Origin: Naegleria gruberi
Lineage: Eukaryota
DNA length: 64,000 nucleotides
Strand: one strand, 5' to 3'
Assembly: GCA_000004985.1 (NCBI GenBank)
Contig: GG738910.1
The number at the start of each line of letters is the position of its first letter. Positions within the stretch are counted from its first letter, which is position 1. The notes beneath the pieces were generated by a model. That model was not told the DNA's origin. It did not search any database and saw only the letters and a list, made by a program, of their open reading frames with translations. The position numbers were made by a program, and so were the translations under genes. Below are positions 1 to 12,200 of this stretch, one piece after another.

Positions 1-551
1 GAAATGTAGTACAAGACTAAATTGAAACTCTTTTCTTCATCCTCCAACACAAGTTCACTTTTTGAAACTTGCTTATCTTTTGAATGCAAAACATCACCCT
101 TTTGAAATATTAATCGTTCGTTTGTGGAGGTTACAACTTGAGAAAAATAATCATTAAGGAATAGGAGATGATTAATTGGAGAACATGATATTCTTTCTTC
201 AACTTTTACCCTTGATAGATCTTTAACAAAAAAGTGTTCTATTAGTTTCTGATTTCTAAAAACGCTTTTTGAAACAACTGACTCAATGATGTTCTCATCA
301 CAAACAATTTTGGTTTTAAATTTATCAAGATTAATTCCAAAAGCCTTAAGCATTTCTGAATTTACTTTACTAGTTAACAGTCCAGCATTAGATGATGAAG
401 TTATTTTTCCAGTTGAATTACAAAGAGTGAGGAATCGCAATTTTGTTGATTCTTCAATCAAGAAATCAAAATTTAATAAGGCATCATCTACTTTTTTCTT
501 CTTTGTGTTTTGTTGAATGGAGGAACGTGAAACCAACTCTTTTCGTTTCAT
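1..551 (-). CDS. Partial CDS (N-terminal ~184 aa, runs off window start): hypothetical protein MKRKELVSRSSIQQNTKKKK...
   Basis: Hand translation of the minus strand from ATG at ~551 is open to position 1 with no stop. It is missed by the ORF track because it is truncated by the window edge. Plus-strand ORFs 286..516 and 443..628 are antisense to it. No recognisable domain. Confidence 0.4.
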   Translation of the reverse strand, partial: MKRKELVSRSSIQQNTKKKKVDDALLNFDFLIEESTKLRFLTLCNSTGKITSSSNAGLLTSKVNSEMLKAFGINLDKFKTKIVCDENIIESVVSKSVFRNQKLIEHFFVKDLSRVKVEERISCSPINHLLFLNDYFSQVVTSTNERLIFQKGDVLHSKDKQVSKSELVLEDEEKSFNLVLYYI

Positions 552-1437
552 TTTTTTGTTGTGTATTTGTTGAAAGGTATCTTCGACTTGAAAGGAGCTG
601 GACTTTCCATGAGGAAAGGAAATTGTAAAATTAATAATATTTAATAAAATTGCAAAATATCCATATATTTAGTCAAGTGAAGCTGATGAAGAAATATCTT
701 GTAAGCTAACGAATAAACGGAACTTTTTTGACACATCAGCTTGTTCAATGGGACTAAATCAAGTCCTAACCACAGAGATGAAGCATCTCTTTGTGAATTC
801 CGTGTCAAAGGCACAATTGTAATATCTACTGTAGAACACAAACAAGAAAAAAATAAGGCCAAACCTACTTGCTTTGCTTGTTGGGTTTTGTAGGAGAATT
901 CCAACTTCATAGATCATAATAAGAAGACGAATATGGCCTTGGACAACAATGCTTGGATAGAAGAACTTGTGAGTTTTTATTAAGAAAATCATTACAACAC
1001 ATGTCTTCAAATCACGCATGCTGTCAATCTTCTAACACTCACGAATGGGATCATTATCATCATCAACAATAGATATGGATTTAAAAGCAAGGCTTTGTTC
1101 AGTAACCTTAATGAAATCCCTTAGTAGTCTAAACACGTGCATTCCATGCATCTTGTTATCACATTCATACATGACCAAAATCGAACATGACCAATATATG
1201 GGTAGGTCTTTTTGAGTGGAGTTCTCCTCAAATATTGTTTTGACAATGGTTTAAGGAAAATTAGCGAGCAGTCCAAACCTTGTTGCACCACCACACATGA
1301 ACATGTATGGGAATATTAATTTCAACACTCTTTTTAAGAAATCTACATCGAAACCAAAGACTCCACTACATCCATATCGCCACTCAACAAAGATACAGCT
1401 CTGAGAGGACAAAATGTTGTTTGGTGACAAATCATTG

Positions 1438-1965
1438 TTAACTTCCCTTTATTTCTGCCTCAAAATGCACAGCCTGGCACCAAGGTCTAACACTTGAACA
1501 GTGAGTAACTATTATTCTGGTATGATTGATGAGTGTACTCATGGCATCTTTGAAATCAATGAAAATGTTTTTGAAAGAATAACAATCTTTGGATCCATCA
1601 CATGGACATCTGAATAATTCCCTAGAGCTGTAATCATCACGACATTGAAGACTAAAGATGAAATATGTGCATTCTCCTTCAAATTTTGGTAAATTATCAA
1701 TTCTGACCGATAGCTTGTTGCCATATCTCAACAAATCATCAATATTCACGTCTGGTCCAATTTCTCTATCATTTGAAAAATCAACAAAATCATAATTGAT
1801 GGAAATTCTCACTCTTGTTCTAGCATACAAATGAACCAACGAGCTCGTAGTTTGTTTGATAATTTGTTCATTTTCGTGCATGTCTACATCATCTTCAAAA
1901 CATGCCACATCATCAAAAGGGTCATTGTTATTGAGCATTTCTGTAGAGTGATAGGAGGATTGCAT
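1438..1965 (-). CDS. Hypothetical protein, tandem paralog A (C-terminal ~110 aa conserved with 2397..2981)
   Basis: 175-aa ORF. The C-terminal block SNDREIGPDVNIDDLLRYGNK...IIVTHCSSVRPW...FEAEIKGS aligns clearly with the neighbouring ORF. Domain family not recognised. Confidence 0.5.
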   Translation of the reverse strand: MQSSYHSTEMLNNNDPFDDVACFEDDVDMHENEQIIKQTTSSLVHLYARTRVRISINYDFVDFSNDREIGPDVNIDDLLRYGNKLSVRIDNLPKFEGECTYFIFSLQCRDDYSSRELFRCPCDGSKDCYSFKNIFIDFKDAMSTLINHTRIIVTHCSSVRPWCQAVHFEAEIKGS

Positions 1966-2396
1966 TGTTTTGGTGAATTGATTGTTGTTTGTTTGTTTTT
2001 TGAGTTTTTACTTTCTTGGATCAACAAACCAACCACACAACAACGCGTACCTTAAGCACGCATACTACTAGTAATTTACTAGTAAACCACAGAACTTGCG
2101 TCCTAAAAGGGGTTAGACCCTCATCATCAAGAGGATTACTCCCAAGGATTACTATAATTGGGCATGTTATGTTTGCATGCTTAAGCATGTTGTGGACGCA
2201 TGTGTGAAAAACTCTAAAGAGCATGCTGCCAAGATATTTCTTCACATACCACCATCAAAAAGTGGTACCCAACACTAACACTGATTACTTTACCTAGTTT
2301 GGTCTATGTTGTAAACCTTCCCTCCTCTCTTTGAAGTTATCAACGTTTGGTAAAAATGTTTCCTTTATTTATCAACTAGCCCACTTGTTATTTTGA

Positions 2397-2981
2397 TTAT
2401 TTTCCACTTACTTTAGCTTCAAATAGAACTGAGTGATACAGTGGTCTATGAATTGATCCATGTACCATGACAATTCTACTTTGTTTGATGAGTACATTCA
2501 TAGCATCTGTGAAATCAATGAAAAATCTCTTGATTGTCATCTTACTCTTTGATCCGTCACCATTGCAATATCTGAATATTTCCCTGAATTGCCAATCTTC
2601 AAAGTTTTGAACGTAGAAAACGAAGAAAGTTTTCTCTCCTTTGAATATTGGCAAGTTTCTGATGGAGGCAGATGACTTATTGCCGTACTTTAACAAATCG
2701 TCAATGTTCACATCTGGTCCAATTTCATTCTCATTGCTCAAGCTTACTGGATCAAAATTAATTCCCAATTCAACCGTAGTTTGGTTGTACTTGTCAAGGA
2801 ATGGACAGTGGGATGGCAAGATAATTTGGCTATTGATTGGAGTGCTTGGGTTCTCTTGTGTTCTATCATCAAACAACTCGCAATTTCCTTCACTTTCATG
2901 TTGATGATAGGGAATTAAGGGATGATTCAAATCCTCTTGTTCTTCTAATTCCATTAATGTTTTGTTTTTTTTCAAGTTCAC
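2397..2981 (-). CDS. Hypothetical protein, tandem paralog B of 1438..1965
   Basis: 194-aa ORF. NENEIGPDVNIDDLLKYGNK...IVMVHGSIHRPL...FEAKVSGK is roughly 45% identical to paralog A over the C-terminal domain. The Cys in the HCSS motif of A is Gly here. Confidence 0.5.
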   Translation of the reverse strand: MNLKKNKTLMELEEQEDLNHPLIPYHQHESEGNCELFDDRTQENPSTPINSQIILPSHCPFLDKYNQTTVELGINFDPVSLSNENEIGPDVNIDDLLKYGNKSSASIRNLPIFKGEKTFFVFYVQNFEDWQFREIFRYCNGDGSKSKMTIKRFFIDFTDAMNVLIKQSRIVMVHGSIHRPLYHSVLFEAKVSGK

Positions 2982-3865
2982 TGTTTGATTGATGTAACTT
3001 AATTAAGGAAGGAAAATTGTTGGCTTTGGAGCCGTTGTTGAGAATCTAAACTATAAAAGGTCAATAAAATTTTGTTAAACTGTTTTAGGGATTGAATTTG
3101 AAGATGCATTTCTTATCTCTGTAAAGTAGAGACGAATTGTGAACATACATCACATGACCAATGTTCACAACGCTCCATTACCCTAGTACTTTATTGATCA
3201 GTTTGAATTACATAACAGATATACAATTTCTGTTTTTTTCATCACCATTTTAAAAATTACAAAAAGGTCCTCTCCTAGAATTTGCTTACATGGGTATCTT
3301 GTTTGCTGCAAGAAATTACATAATATTCAAGAAGAGTATTATCTTTCGCCATGAATTCAAGTCAATCAAACTCAATTGTTGCAATGTTGTAGGCAGAATT
3401 TGATGTATTGGCTCAAAATTGGTTGTGCGGTAATTACCAGATCAGTTCATTAATGATTACAAACTTTAAATAGATGTTTATCCATTTTGCAAGCTTTACT
3501 TTCTATTTCAATTTTGGAAGTTTCCAACTCTCTTTCAATCATTGTGTTGGGTAACTTCTTTGCGCTTGTTAAGAAATTCAACAAACCAATTTTAAAAAAT
3601 AATCTTACAAGGGGATGCTGTTCATTAAATCATCATGAATTTATTATTTATTAATTGTTGTTAAATAGAGCCGATATTTCATGATTTATCATACCATAAG
3701 GATCATGATCAAAATGTCATGGTAATTTGCCCAACTGGATGACATACCAAACTGGAACCTCCAGTTCATCTGCTTACAGAATCAAGAAATTCAAACTGGA
3801 AACATCGATTAGATTACCAAACGGAAATCATGTTGATGATAACCAATTGATTTTAAAAACAAATT

Positions 3866-5553
3866 GTGATGAAATCAAGAAAGCAAAAGGAAGCTGAATT
3901 TTGTGATGATTATGACAAGGCTGCAAAATACATTGATAACAGTGTAAAGAACATCCGAAGCTATTGTCAGAAGGCTAATTTAACAACAGACTTGCAGAAT
4001 GAATTTGGTGATTATTTGAAAGACTTAGGCTTGGAGAATGAAGATGAATGTAAGTAATATATCAACAATTATATTTACGTTTGATAGTAGGAGAAACTCT
4101 CATCAAATTAGGAGATTGTTTAAAGTCCATGGCTACATTGAATCATGTCATGCTGTGTAATATTGAAGACAATTATCTTCAACCAATTTCAGAGTTTAGG
4201 AAGGATCTTGTTGGAAACAATGACCTTTCATCTGCTGAACAATACGCCAAAAAGTGTCTAAAACAAGAAGAACACATGAAACAATTATTGCAATACTTTA
4301 TGTGTTTCTACCACTATTATTCAGAGGGTTACACTCTCACATTTCACTTGAAAGAACCTTTAGAGAAGATCAAGGATCGTTCTGTGAAGAATGTCATTGC
4401 AATGAGAGATCAAGTGATGGAGGAATTAAAACCAAAGAAGAAGCCACTTCCATCACCACCTTCAGCAAGTAGTTCTACTTCACCAAACAGTTTCTCCTCA
4501 TCCAGCACATCTCTTAAAAGACAGGATTCTACATTGAGTGGAACATCCCAATTTAAAAAAGCACCACCAATTCCAAAACATGCCTCTAGTTTGAGTTTAA
4601 ATTCCACTTCATCAGATAATAATAAGGTTAACAATGGACATGTTCATCAATATAGTGATAGCACTGTTTCAACAATTTCAAACAGAAGTTCCTCCTCGTC
4701 ATCATCCGAGGAATATGTTGAGCAAATGGTTACACCAAGAAGTGTCCCAGTTGTCACTCCTCGAGTCATTCCACCAAAACCAATATCAAAACCTCCTGTA
4801 AAGACTCAATCACCTCCATCTAATGACAACTCACCTGTTGTTGAGCCAAAAGTTATTGAAACGACAGCTTCAAATTCTATTAGTACTTGGAAGAAACCAG
4901 TTGCTCCAACCATCAAGAGAAATGATAGCTCTACCCTTTCTCAACCAGCTCAACCCGAATCTTCACCCTCAGTAGATGTGAGCAGTCCCACTACCAGTAA
5001 CAACTCTTGGAAGAAACCAACAGCTCCAACTGTTAAAAAACAGGAAGAAACCACAAGTCCATCATTGGAATCTCAAAGAAAGCTCAACACCCAACAAACT
5101 AATTCGGATACCTCATCAACAAAACCACAAAACAAAGTGATTACAAATAGTAGTGAGGAATTATCTTCAAGTGTTTCATCATTTAAAAAGAATTTGGAAC
5201 AAAGTATTCAATTTAGATTACCTGGTATGGCAAATGATAGTACTCACTCAGGAACTTCTCCATCTCATGAGACTGCAACTAGCCCAGCTAGCCCAGTAGT
5301 AAATAGACCTAACACAAAACCTCCTGTTCCACAATCCAGAAGACCTGTTCAACCATCTATTCCACCCCACGTTGCAAAATGTAAAGCCATCTATCCCTAC
5401 AATGCACAGAGCTCGGAGGAGATTACTTTCAAACCAGGGGATATTATTCTTATTTTTGAAAAAGAACAAGACTATGGTTGGTGGAAAGGAACTGTTGAAT
5501 CTGATTTGGAGAGAAAAGGAATGTTTCCCTCTAACTATGTTCAAATTATTTAA
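3866..5553 (+). CDS. BAR-like N-terminal region + Ser/Pro/Thr-rich linker + C-terminal SH3 domain protein (amphiphysin/Rvs167-like). Exons ~3866..4049 and ~4088..5553; more 5' exons possible upstream.
   Basis: ORFs 3866..4057 and 4081..5553 join through a 38-nt GTAAGT..TAG intron in frame (..LENEDE-L-GETLIKLGD..). The C-terminus AIYPYNAQSSEEITFKPGDIILIFEKEQDYGWWKGTVESDLERKGMFPSNYVQII is a canonical SH3. The long S/P/T-rich low-complexity linker is typical of BAR-SH3 endocytic adaptors. The helical region upstream is only ~170 aa, so the 5' end is probably incomplete. Confidence 0.6.
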
Positions 5554-5847
5554 TGTTTGTATAATTTCACAATAGCTCAATAGCTCGATAATAAATATTT
5601 GTATTATGTCTGAATGACCATTGTTGATTTATCTCAGAAACATGGCCATTAAAAAATCCCTGTTTGGAAAAATCGGGACCCAACAAACTTTCGAAAAAAT
5701 TGCAACAATATTCGTCAAGTCAAGCCCTTTGGGTTACGTGATTTATCTTATTAGAGATAGATTCGGCAATTGTAGTTTCATTTAGTAGTATATTTTGTAG
5801 TTTTCATCAAGAAAAACAACAAGTCATCATTCATCAATTTTATTAAC

Positions 5848-7554
5848 ATGGAGGAATGCAACCAATCCATACTAGTTACTCAAGAAGACAACATACTAGT
5901 TTGTGGTTCAACAGGACATGGTCAGCTAGCCCTATTTCCTCATCAGATGACCCAAATCAAAGAGGAAGGAATTATTGACCAACAGACTGGAGGTTTATTT
6001 GATTACATTCCGATTAAATTAGAAAAACTTTTAATTTCCTACAATGAAGGAGAACAAATAGTAGATATTGTTGTGGGAGCAACATTTACTCTATATTTAT
6101 CATGTAGGTTGTTGTTTGGTAAATAATTTATTCATCATCATGTGTGACATTTTCAAAGCCTTCTCCCGAGTTTATTACTGTGGGAAAGTTTTATTGTTTG
6201 ATGATGATTGTTCTAAAATTGTAAATGGTGAAATGCCATGCTTTAGATGGGTATTCTTTTTCGATCCTGTTCGGATATCAGGGCTAGAAGGTGTGAATGG
6301 TTTAATATTTGTTAGACAGATAACTTGTGGAGCTAAACATTGTGCCTTTTTACTTTCTAATAACTGTGTTTATGTGGTAGGAAGTAATGAAATGGGTCAA
6401 ATTGGCATGGGAACTAGCAACCCATTTATGTCATTTCCACAAAAACTTGAGATTGGAGGTTCTTCACAACCAGAAAAGCATCAATCATCATCCAGTGAAG
6501 AAGATAGTGAAGACGAGTTGGAGGTTCCTGAACCAATGCAAAAAAAGAGGAAATTTCAAGATATCTCAACTCAAATAACTAAAATCAAATGCTCCTATGA
6601 CAATACTGTTCTTCAAACAGCAGATGGGTTTGTCTATGCTTCAGGAGATAATGAGTATCAACAGATATCCAATTCAAAAGAAGAAGGGAAGATATACGAA
6701 TTTAGAAGATTATTTTTCAAAGAATTATCGTTGGATCAATATAAGAATATTGAGGAGATTATTGTAATGGATAGTTTTATGCTTGCCTTAACTAATGAAG
6801 GACGGTTATTCATAAGTGAAGGAAACAGAACTTTTGAAAAGATGGGATTGGATATTGATTATTTTAACACAACAGATTTTCCTCGAAACTCAATCATTCA
6901 AATATTCAAAACCTCCTATGCTTTCTTTGTTAGAACTAGGACTGGGGAAATATTTTATCTACAACAAGGTATAGCCAAGATGGTCAAGTCTGCTCTATTA
7001 TCTTACAAAAGGTTTATAATAGGAAGTGGCAGGTATCATGTGGTATCTATCTCTACTGATTTAGTTGATGAGGGTTTATACGAGGCTATTGGTTACAACA
7101 AGTTTGGAAATTTAGGATTCAAATCTAATGAAGAAACAGTGAAAGCGCCTCAAGCAATACCAAAAGTAACTGATTGGATCAGGTCAAAGTGTTTGCATTC
7201 TTACCACTACAAGTTGGCTGCTGATTTTTTCAACACTGTTGTTTATAGAGTTAGAGATTTAAAAAGAGATGCTTCACAAAGAATAGCAGCCAACTTAATT
7301 TCAAAGGCTCGAATTAGAAATTATGTGGATGTAACAATTTCTTGCATTTTTGAGTCTTATTCTGAAATTGAGGATTTAGATATTGTAAAGAAAGAAAAAA
7401 GAGTATTAGCTATCGTAAGTACATTTCATTAATTGAAATTTTACAATTTGCTTAGGAAAAGAAAGGATCATTCGATGAAGGAACTTCAAATGAACAACTA
7501 AATCACATTATGAATTTGATGACACCTGGAGGAAATAACGACACAAAGAAGTAA
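5848..7554 (+). CDS. RCC1-repeat (regulator of chromosome condensation-like) protein, 3 exons (~5848..6118 or 6103; ~6159..7414; 7456..7554)
   Basis: Repeated RCC1 signatures: GSTGHGQLALF, VRQITCGAKHCAFLLSNNCVYVVGSNEMGQIGMG, YASGDNEYQQI. The first intron is ~38 nt; GTAGGT and GTAAAT donors are both in frame. The terminal intron 7415..7455 (GTAAGT..CTTAG) adds the exon EKKGSFDEGTSNEQLNHIMNLMTPGGNNDTKK with stop at 7552..7554. Confidence 0.6.
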
Positions 7555-7696
7555 TTAAGAGCTATGTTCATAATATTGTTGTGGTAATCGTTATATTGGA
7601 GGAAATGATAAGTTTGTTTGGGTGGTCATCTTTGTATCAATTGACTTTGGTTTGTAAATCTTGTCTGCTAATAATTTGTTATTTTTATTTACAGAG

Positions 7697-9103
7697 TTAA
7701 GTTTGAGTAATGTTGCTTGGAATTTCTGGAACAGGAGAAGTGTATTCACCCACACACGGTTTGATATCTTTATACTCCATACAATTCCTGGATTCTTCCT
7801 TCATTCTAAACTTGTTTCCAACGTGCCATTGATGCTCCCCCAAATTTTCTTTGCACTTCACGTCTCTCCCTCCAAACACTTTCTTGTCATTTCTTTCCTT
7901 CCAATTACTTTCGTGGCCAATGTGCTGCAGATAACTTAATGATGTAGAATAGTGTGTTAATCCATCATCAACACAAGTTTTGTATCCTTCTCCTCTCTTG
8001 AATGAAATAAAGTGAATAAGAATATCGATTGGTTCTAATTCAATATTATTTTTTGCATAGTCAAGGAATAAGGTGGCATAATGTCTTGATACAATAAATC
8101 CTCCAAGACCTGTTGATATTCTCATCGAACAAAAACCCTTTTCAAATTGGAATCTTTTTTCTTTGTGATACTTTTCAATTCGATCTAAACTTTTTAATGT
8201 TCCCACAAGCATGTCCTCACAGGGAAGAAAATCATCCTCAGTATAAAGAAGGTACTTGAATTTAAAGTTGTCCATAATAAATTTGGTCATAGATAACATG
8301 TCACAACTTTGCTGTCTTGCCATCTTCCCAGGGTAAGCATTGGTTGGTGAAGAATATTTAACTCCTGGGATATCTGAGTAAGGATCTTTGAATCTAAAAG
8401 GAGGTATGAAGAAAACAAATTCTACCACATTTTCGAACTTTTTGGCTGCTTTCTGGAAAATAGTATGTGTCTTTTCATTGATAAATGCATGTATAATAAA
8501 TAAAATAGATTTTCCAGTTAAATATTGCTTATTGGACGAGCTTGTTAACTGTTTCTTATATTCTTCTAAAACCTTAATTAAATAATCGGCATGCATTCCT
8601 GTGTCTGAATTAATTCTTGCCAGAGTTGGTATGAGAACTATCATATCAAATACTTTTGTTGGTGAGACCAGTCGGTTGTTGAGTGAAATACTAACATTAA
8701 CACCATCTGTTATTTTTAAAGGACTAAATGTTGGCACATCCAAAATCAAAGGGTTTGAAGCAGCCCTAACTTTCCTCTCTCTACTTTGCTTTAAGATTTC
8801 GTCATTACCAACATTTCCAAACTTTGGTTTTGGTTTCCTTGAGATTTTAGAAAGTTGCATGGTGATATTTTGTTTGGGTTGTTGAGAAGGAGAAGGAAGG
8901 GGAGAAGGAGAAGAAAAGGGGATTATTGGTGAAGGAATTTCATCAGTCTTGTTGGAACAAAATACATTTTCTTGTTCAACAGTTGATTTTGTATTACTTT
9001 CATTCTGAGGTCCCACAAAATTATTTCGTAAAATTAAAAAGTTTAAGAACAAGGAAAGGCATAGAAGGAAAAGCAACACCTTAACAGCAAGGGTGTTAGT
9101 CAT
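7697..9103 (-). CDS. Type II membrane glycosyltransferase, GT54 (MGAT4 / GlcNAc-transferase IV)-like
   Basis: N-terminal signal anchor (VKVLLFLLCLSLFLNFLIL) and a Pro/Ser-rich stem. The catalytic region carries the GT54-family pattern I recall from MGAT4: acidic EDDF motif (YTEDDFLPCEDM), PIDxL(L/I) motif (EPIDILIHFI) and a QH(I/V)G..S box (LQHIGHESNW). Related to the 53498..54883 and 54933..56333 genes. Confidence 0.55.
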   Translation of the reverse strand: MTNTLAVKVLLFLLCLSLFLNFLILRNNFVGPQNESNTKSTVEQENVFCSNKTDEIPSPIIPFSSPSPLPSPSQQPKQNITMQLSKISRKPKPKFGNVGNDEILKQSRERKVRAASNPLILDVPTFSPLKITDGVNVSISLNNRLVSPTKVFDMIVLIPTLARINSDTGMHADYLIKVLEEYKKQLTSSSNKQYLTGKSILFIIHAFINEKTHTIFQKAAKKFENVVEFVFFIPPFRFKDPYSDIPGVKYSSPTNAYPGKMARQQSCDMLSMTKFIMDNFKFKYLLYTEDDFLPCEDMLVGTLKSLDRIEKYHKEKRFQFEKGFCSMRISTGLGGFIVSRHYATLFLDYAKNNIELEPIDILIHFISFKRGEGYKTCVDDGLTHYSTSLSYLQHIGHESNWKERNDKKVFGGRDVKCKENLGEHQWHVGNKFRMKEESRNCMEYKDIKPCVGEYTSPVPEIPSNITQT

Positions 9104-9202
9104 TTTTTAATCTTAATTAAAAATGTGATCGGATGTGATTCAGGGTGCAGCGCGCTAAGTTGAGACTTGATATAAGGAGATCTTTATTCTTAATGCACCC
9201 AA

Positions 9203-12200
9203 TCATTGTTCTTCCAATTCAATAATGATAGGAGAGTCAGTTGGCTTGAACTTTTCAATATCTTCCAATTTGAAACAAGATTCACGAATATTCTTTTGAG
9301 CAATACATGTGGCATCAGCTTTGTACCAATTGGTAACTTTGAATTTTGTCTTAGTGTCAAAGACAATCTTTTGACCAACTCTAACTCCACTCTTTGATTT
9401 GATGAGGAAAAGTGTTCCTTGCTTTGGAATATTCCAATTCAAACCAGCAACTTGGAATTTGTTCCAACCAACAGTTGACCCAGGCACAAATTTGGATCTG
9501 TCTACCTTCTTGTCAACTTTTTGTTCAACAATGAAACATTCGCCATCAAACTTTGGAACATCACCCATTTGAATAGATTGAGGATGCTCGTTAAAAATTT
9601 GTCTAGCTGATGTTTCACCTGCAATCAAATAAAGAATGGCCCATGTTCTTGGTGAGAGATTTGATCCACTAGCTATCTTTCCAATGACTTGCCTCTTGAC
9701 ATTGAACATTTCCTTGAGGAAAACATTCTTTCCACCAATCCAATTTGGATGATCAGCAAGCTTCATTGGTTCTATGATTAATTCTTGTGTGACAGGTTCA
9801 TCCAAATCATTAATGCTTGGTAAGTTAACGGTAACATTTCCTGCAGAAGGTGGTTTACCGACCATGGTAATTAATTGCTTATCCTTTCCAAGAATAGAGT
9901 TGAGCTTGTTGATTAATTCAGGATTTGGTGTTCCTGGAATATTTGTCTTCATCATTCCACCAACAATTTCAGCCCAATCTCTAGAATTCATTCCACATTG
10001 ATCTTGAATGGAAGCATCAGCACCTAGTTCAATAAATGCCTTGGCAGCATTTAGATTTCCATAAACTACAGCCTCAATCAAAGCGCAGCCTGCTACAAGT
10101 CCACGGACATTGGTGATTTCTCTTGGATCTAAATAGCCAGCAAGATGAGAATTATTCTTCAAGACTTCAATAAACTTATTTTCAAGCAAACCATATTCTC
10201 CACGAGCAATTTTTACGAGGTATGGATACAAAGGATCAACAAGAAGATCTGGATTGATACCATGACAGTACGCTCCTGGCATATTTCCTGCTTTGTCAAG
10301 AGCAAACATGTTGGCATTTCTTGAAATGAGTACCTTAATTACATCAAAGTTTCCACGTAACATTGCAATATGCAATGGTGTCATTCCAGCAAGGTCTTCT
10401 GCATTAATATCAGCTCCCAAGTCAAGTAAAACTTTAGCAGCTGCTGCGCAATTGTAAAGAGCAGTCAAGTGAAGTGGTGTTGCATATTGAATTATTTGAT
10501 TGTCTGGTCTAGTTCTACATTTGACAGAAGCTCCAAAACGATGTAATGTAAGGATACAATCAGCACGATCCTGTTCAGCAGCACTGAACACAGCATTGAA
10601 GCCATCAATCTTTGCACAGTATTGTAAATCTTCTTCAGTAGCTTTAGAAAGGAATATTTCAAGAATTTCAGCTTGACCTGTTCTACAGGCAATGATAAGA
10701 GGATTATCACCATTCTTATTTGGTGTATTTACCTCAGCTCCGTAGCTAATTAAAATTTCTGCAATTTCAACACTTCCTCTCTGAGCACATGAAATAAGTG
10801 GAACAACACCATCATCATTTCTAGTATTAGGATCAGATCCAGATTCAAGCAGAGTTTCAACAACATCAATACGAGCATTACAACAAGCAATCCACAAAGG
10901 TGTGTTTCCCTTATCATTTCTCCATTCCTTATCGGCTCCATTCTCCAACAATACCTTAACATAATCCAATTTACCAGTACCAGAAGCAACAAAAAGAAGG
11001 GATTCATATGCTCCTTCATATCCTACAATACTATTTACATCTATTGTTTTAGCAAGGGCCTTGAAGATTGGTAAACTTCCATAGTCCATAGCTAGATACA
11101 AGTGGTATTCGAATGGCTTGAAACCAGACTTGATACATTTTTCAAAAAGTTCGAGATTATTCTTCTTGATAGCCAAATCTAACATTTCTTCTGAGGCAGC
11201 ACATGTTTCACGATCCTCAATCCACTTGTAACATGTTCCATCGACAAAGTTACGTACTTCATTACTGATGTGGCAAATCTTTCTCTCTAATAAAATAGAG
11301 GCAGTTCTAAAGAAGTGTCTATCAAAAATGTAATTCATCAAATAGTCATTATGAGAGGCAATTTTAGCACCATTGTCAAGAAGGAATGTAACTGTACGAT
11401 CGAATCCAAAAAGAATGGCAAGATCGAGAGCTGACAAGCCGCTACTATTAATAATTGTCAAGGAGGCACCCAATTTAACCAATAACTTTACAGCAACCAA
11501 GTTACCTTTCATGCATGCAAGGTGTAGAGCAGTATTTCCATCTCTATCTGTGGAATCCAACAGATTCAAACACTTTTGATTAATGTGATCTTCCAATTCA
11601 CTGTTCTTCAATTGAACAACTGCTGTGTGGAGATCTGTAAATTCTTTCTTTCCATGAGTGTAATGAACCTTTGTCATGTTGTATTTGCTTGTTCCACCAC
11701 TACCTCCAGAGGTAAGACTCTTAAATTTAGGTGGTTGAATGTTTCTAGTACGAGTTTTCTTTGATTTGTTTTCGGTTTGTTCGGCCTCTTTCTTTGGAGC
11801 AAACATACTGGAGAATTTCAAATCATTGAGTACATTCTTATTTACACCTTCTCCATTCTTAAGCTTGGTAATCTCAGCTGAAATGACCATAATCTTGTCA
11901 TTCAAATAGGATTCAACTCCATTGAATGCTTTACAACTTCTCAATAATAATTCGCAATGGAATACAAATAATTCTTCACCATATTGCTTTCGATCAATAT
12001 TTGATAATTGCAATGTTTGAGAGGCCAATTGATCAACATGGTGAGAGGCCAATCTTTGGAGAGATTTGAGTCTAAGTCTTTGAGGGCAACGAGTTTGCTT
12101 GACTTCCAAAACCAATGGTTCCTTTCCTGTCATTCTCAATTCTGTCCTCAAACTCTTTTCAGATTCAGGCTCACATGATACATATCTTGTAATCAAACCC

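Noticed and set aside
286-628. Plus-strand ORFs 286..516 and 443..628
   Set aside because: They are antisense to a longer minus-strand ORF that is open to the window edge (1..551), so they are most likely spurious.
1438-2981. Protein-tyrosine/dual-specificity phosphatase call for the tandem paralogs, based on the HCSSVRP motif
   Set aside because: The spacing is C-x3-R rather than the C-x5-R P-loop, and the surrounding sequence does not resemble PTP or rhodanese folds. Left as unknown domain.
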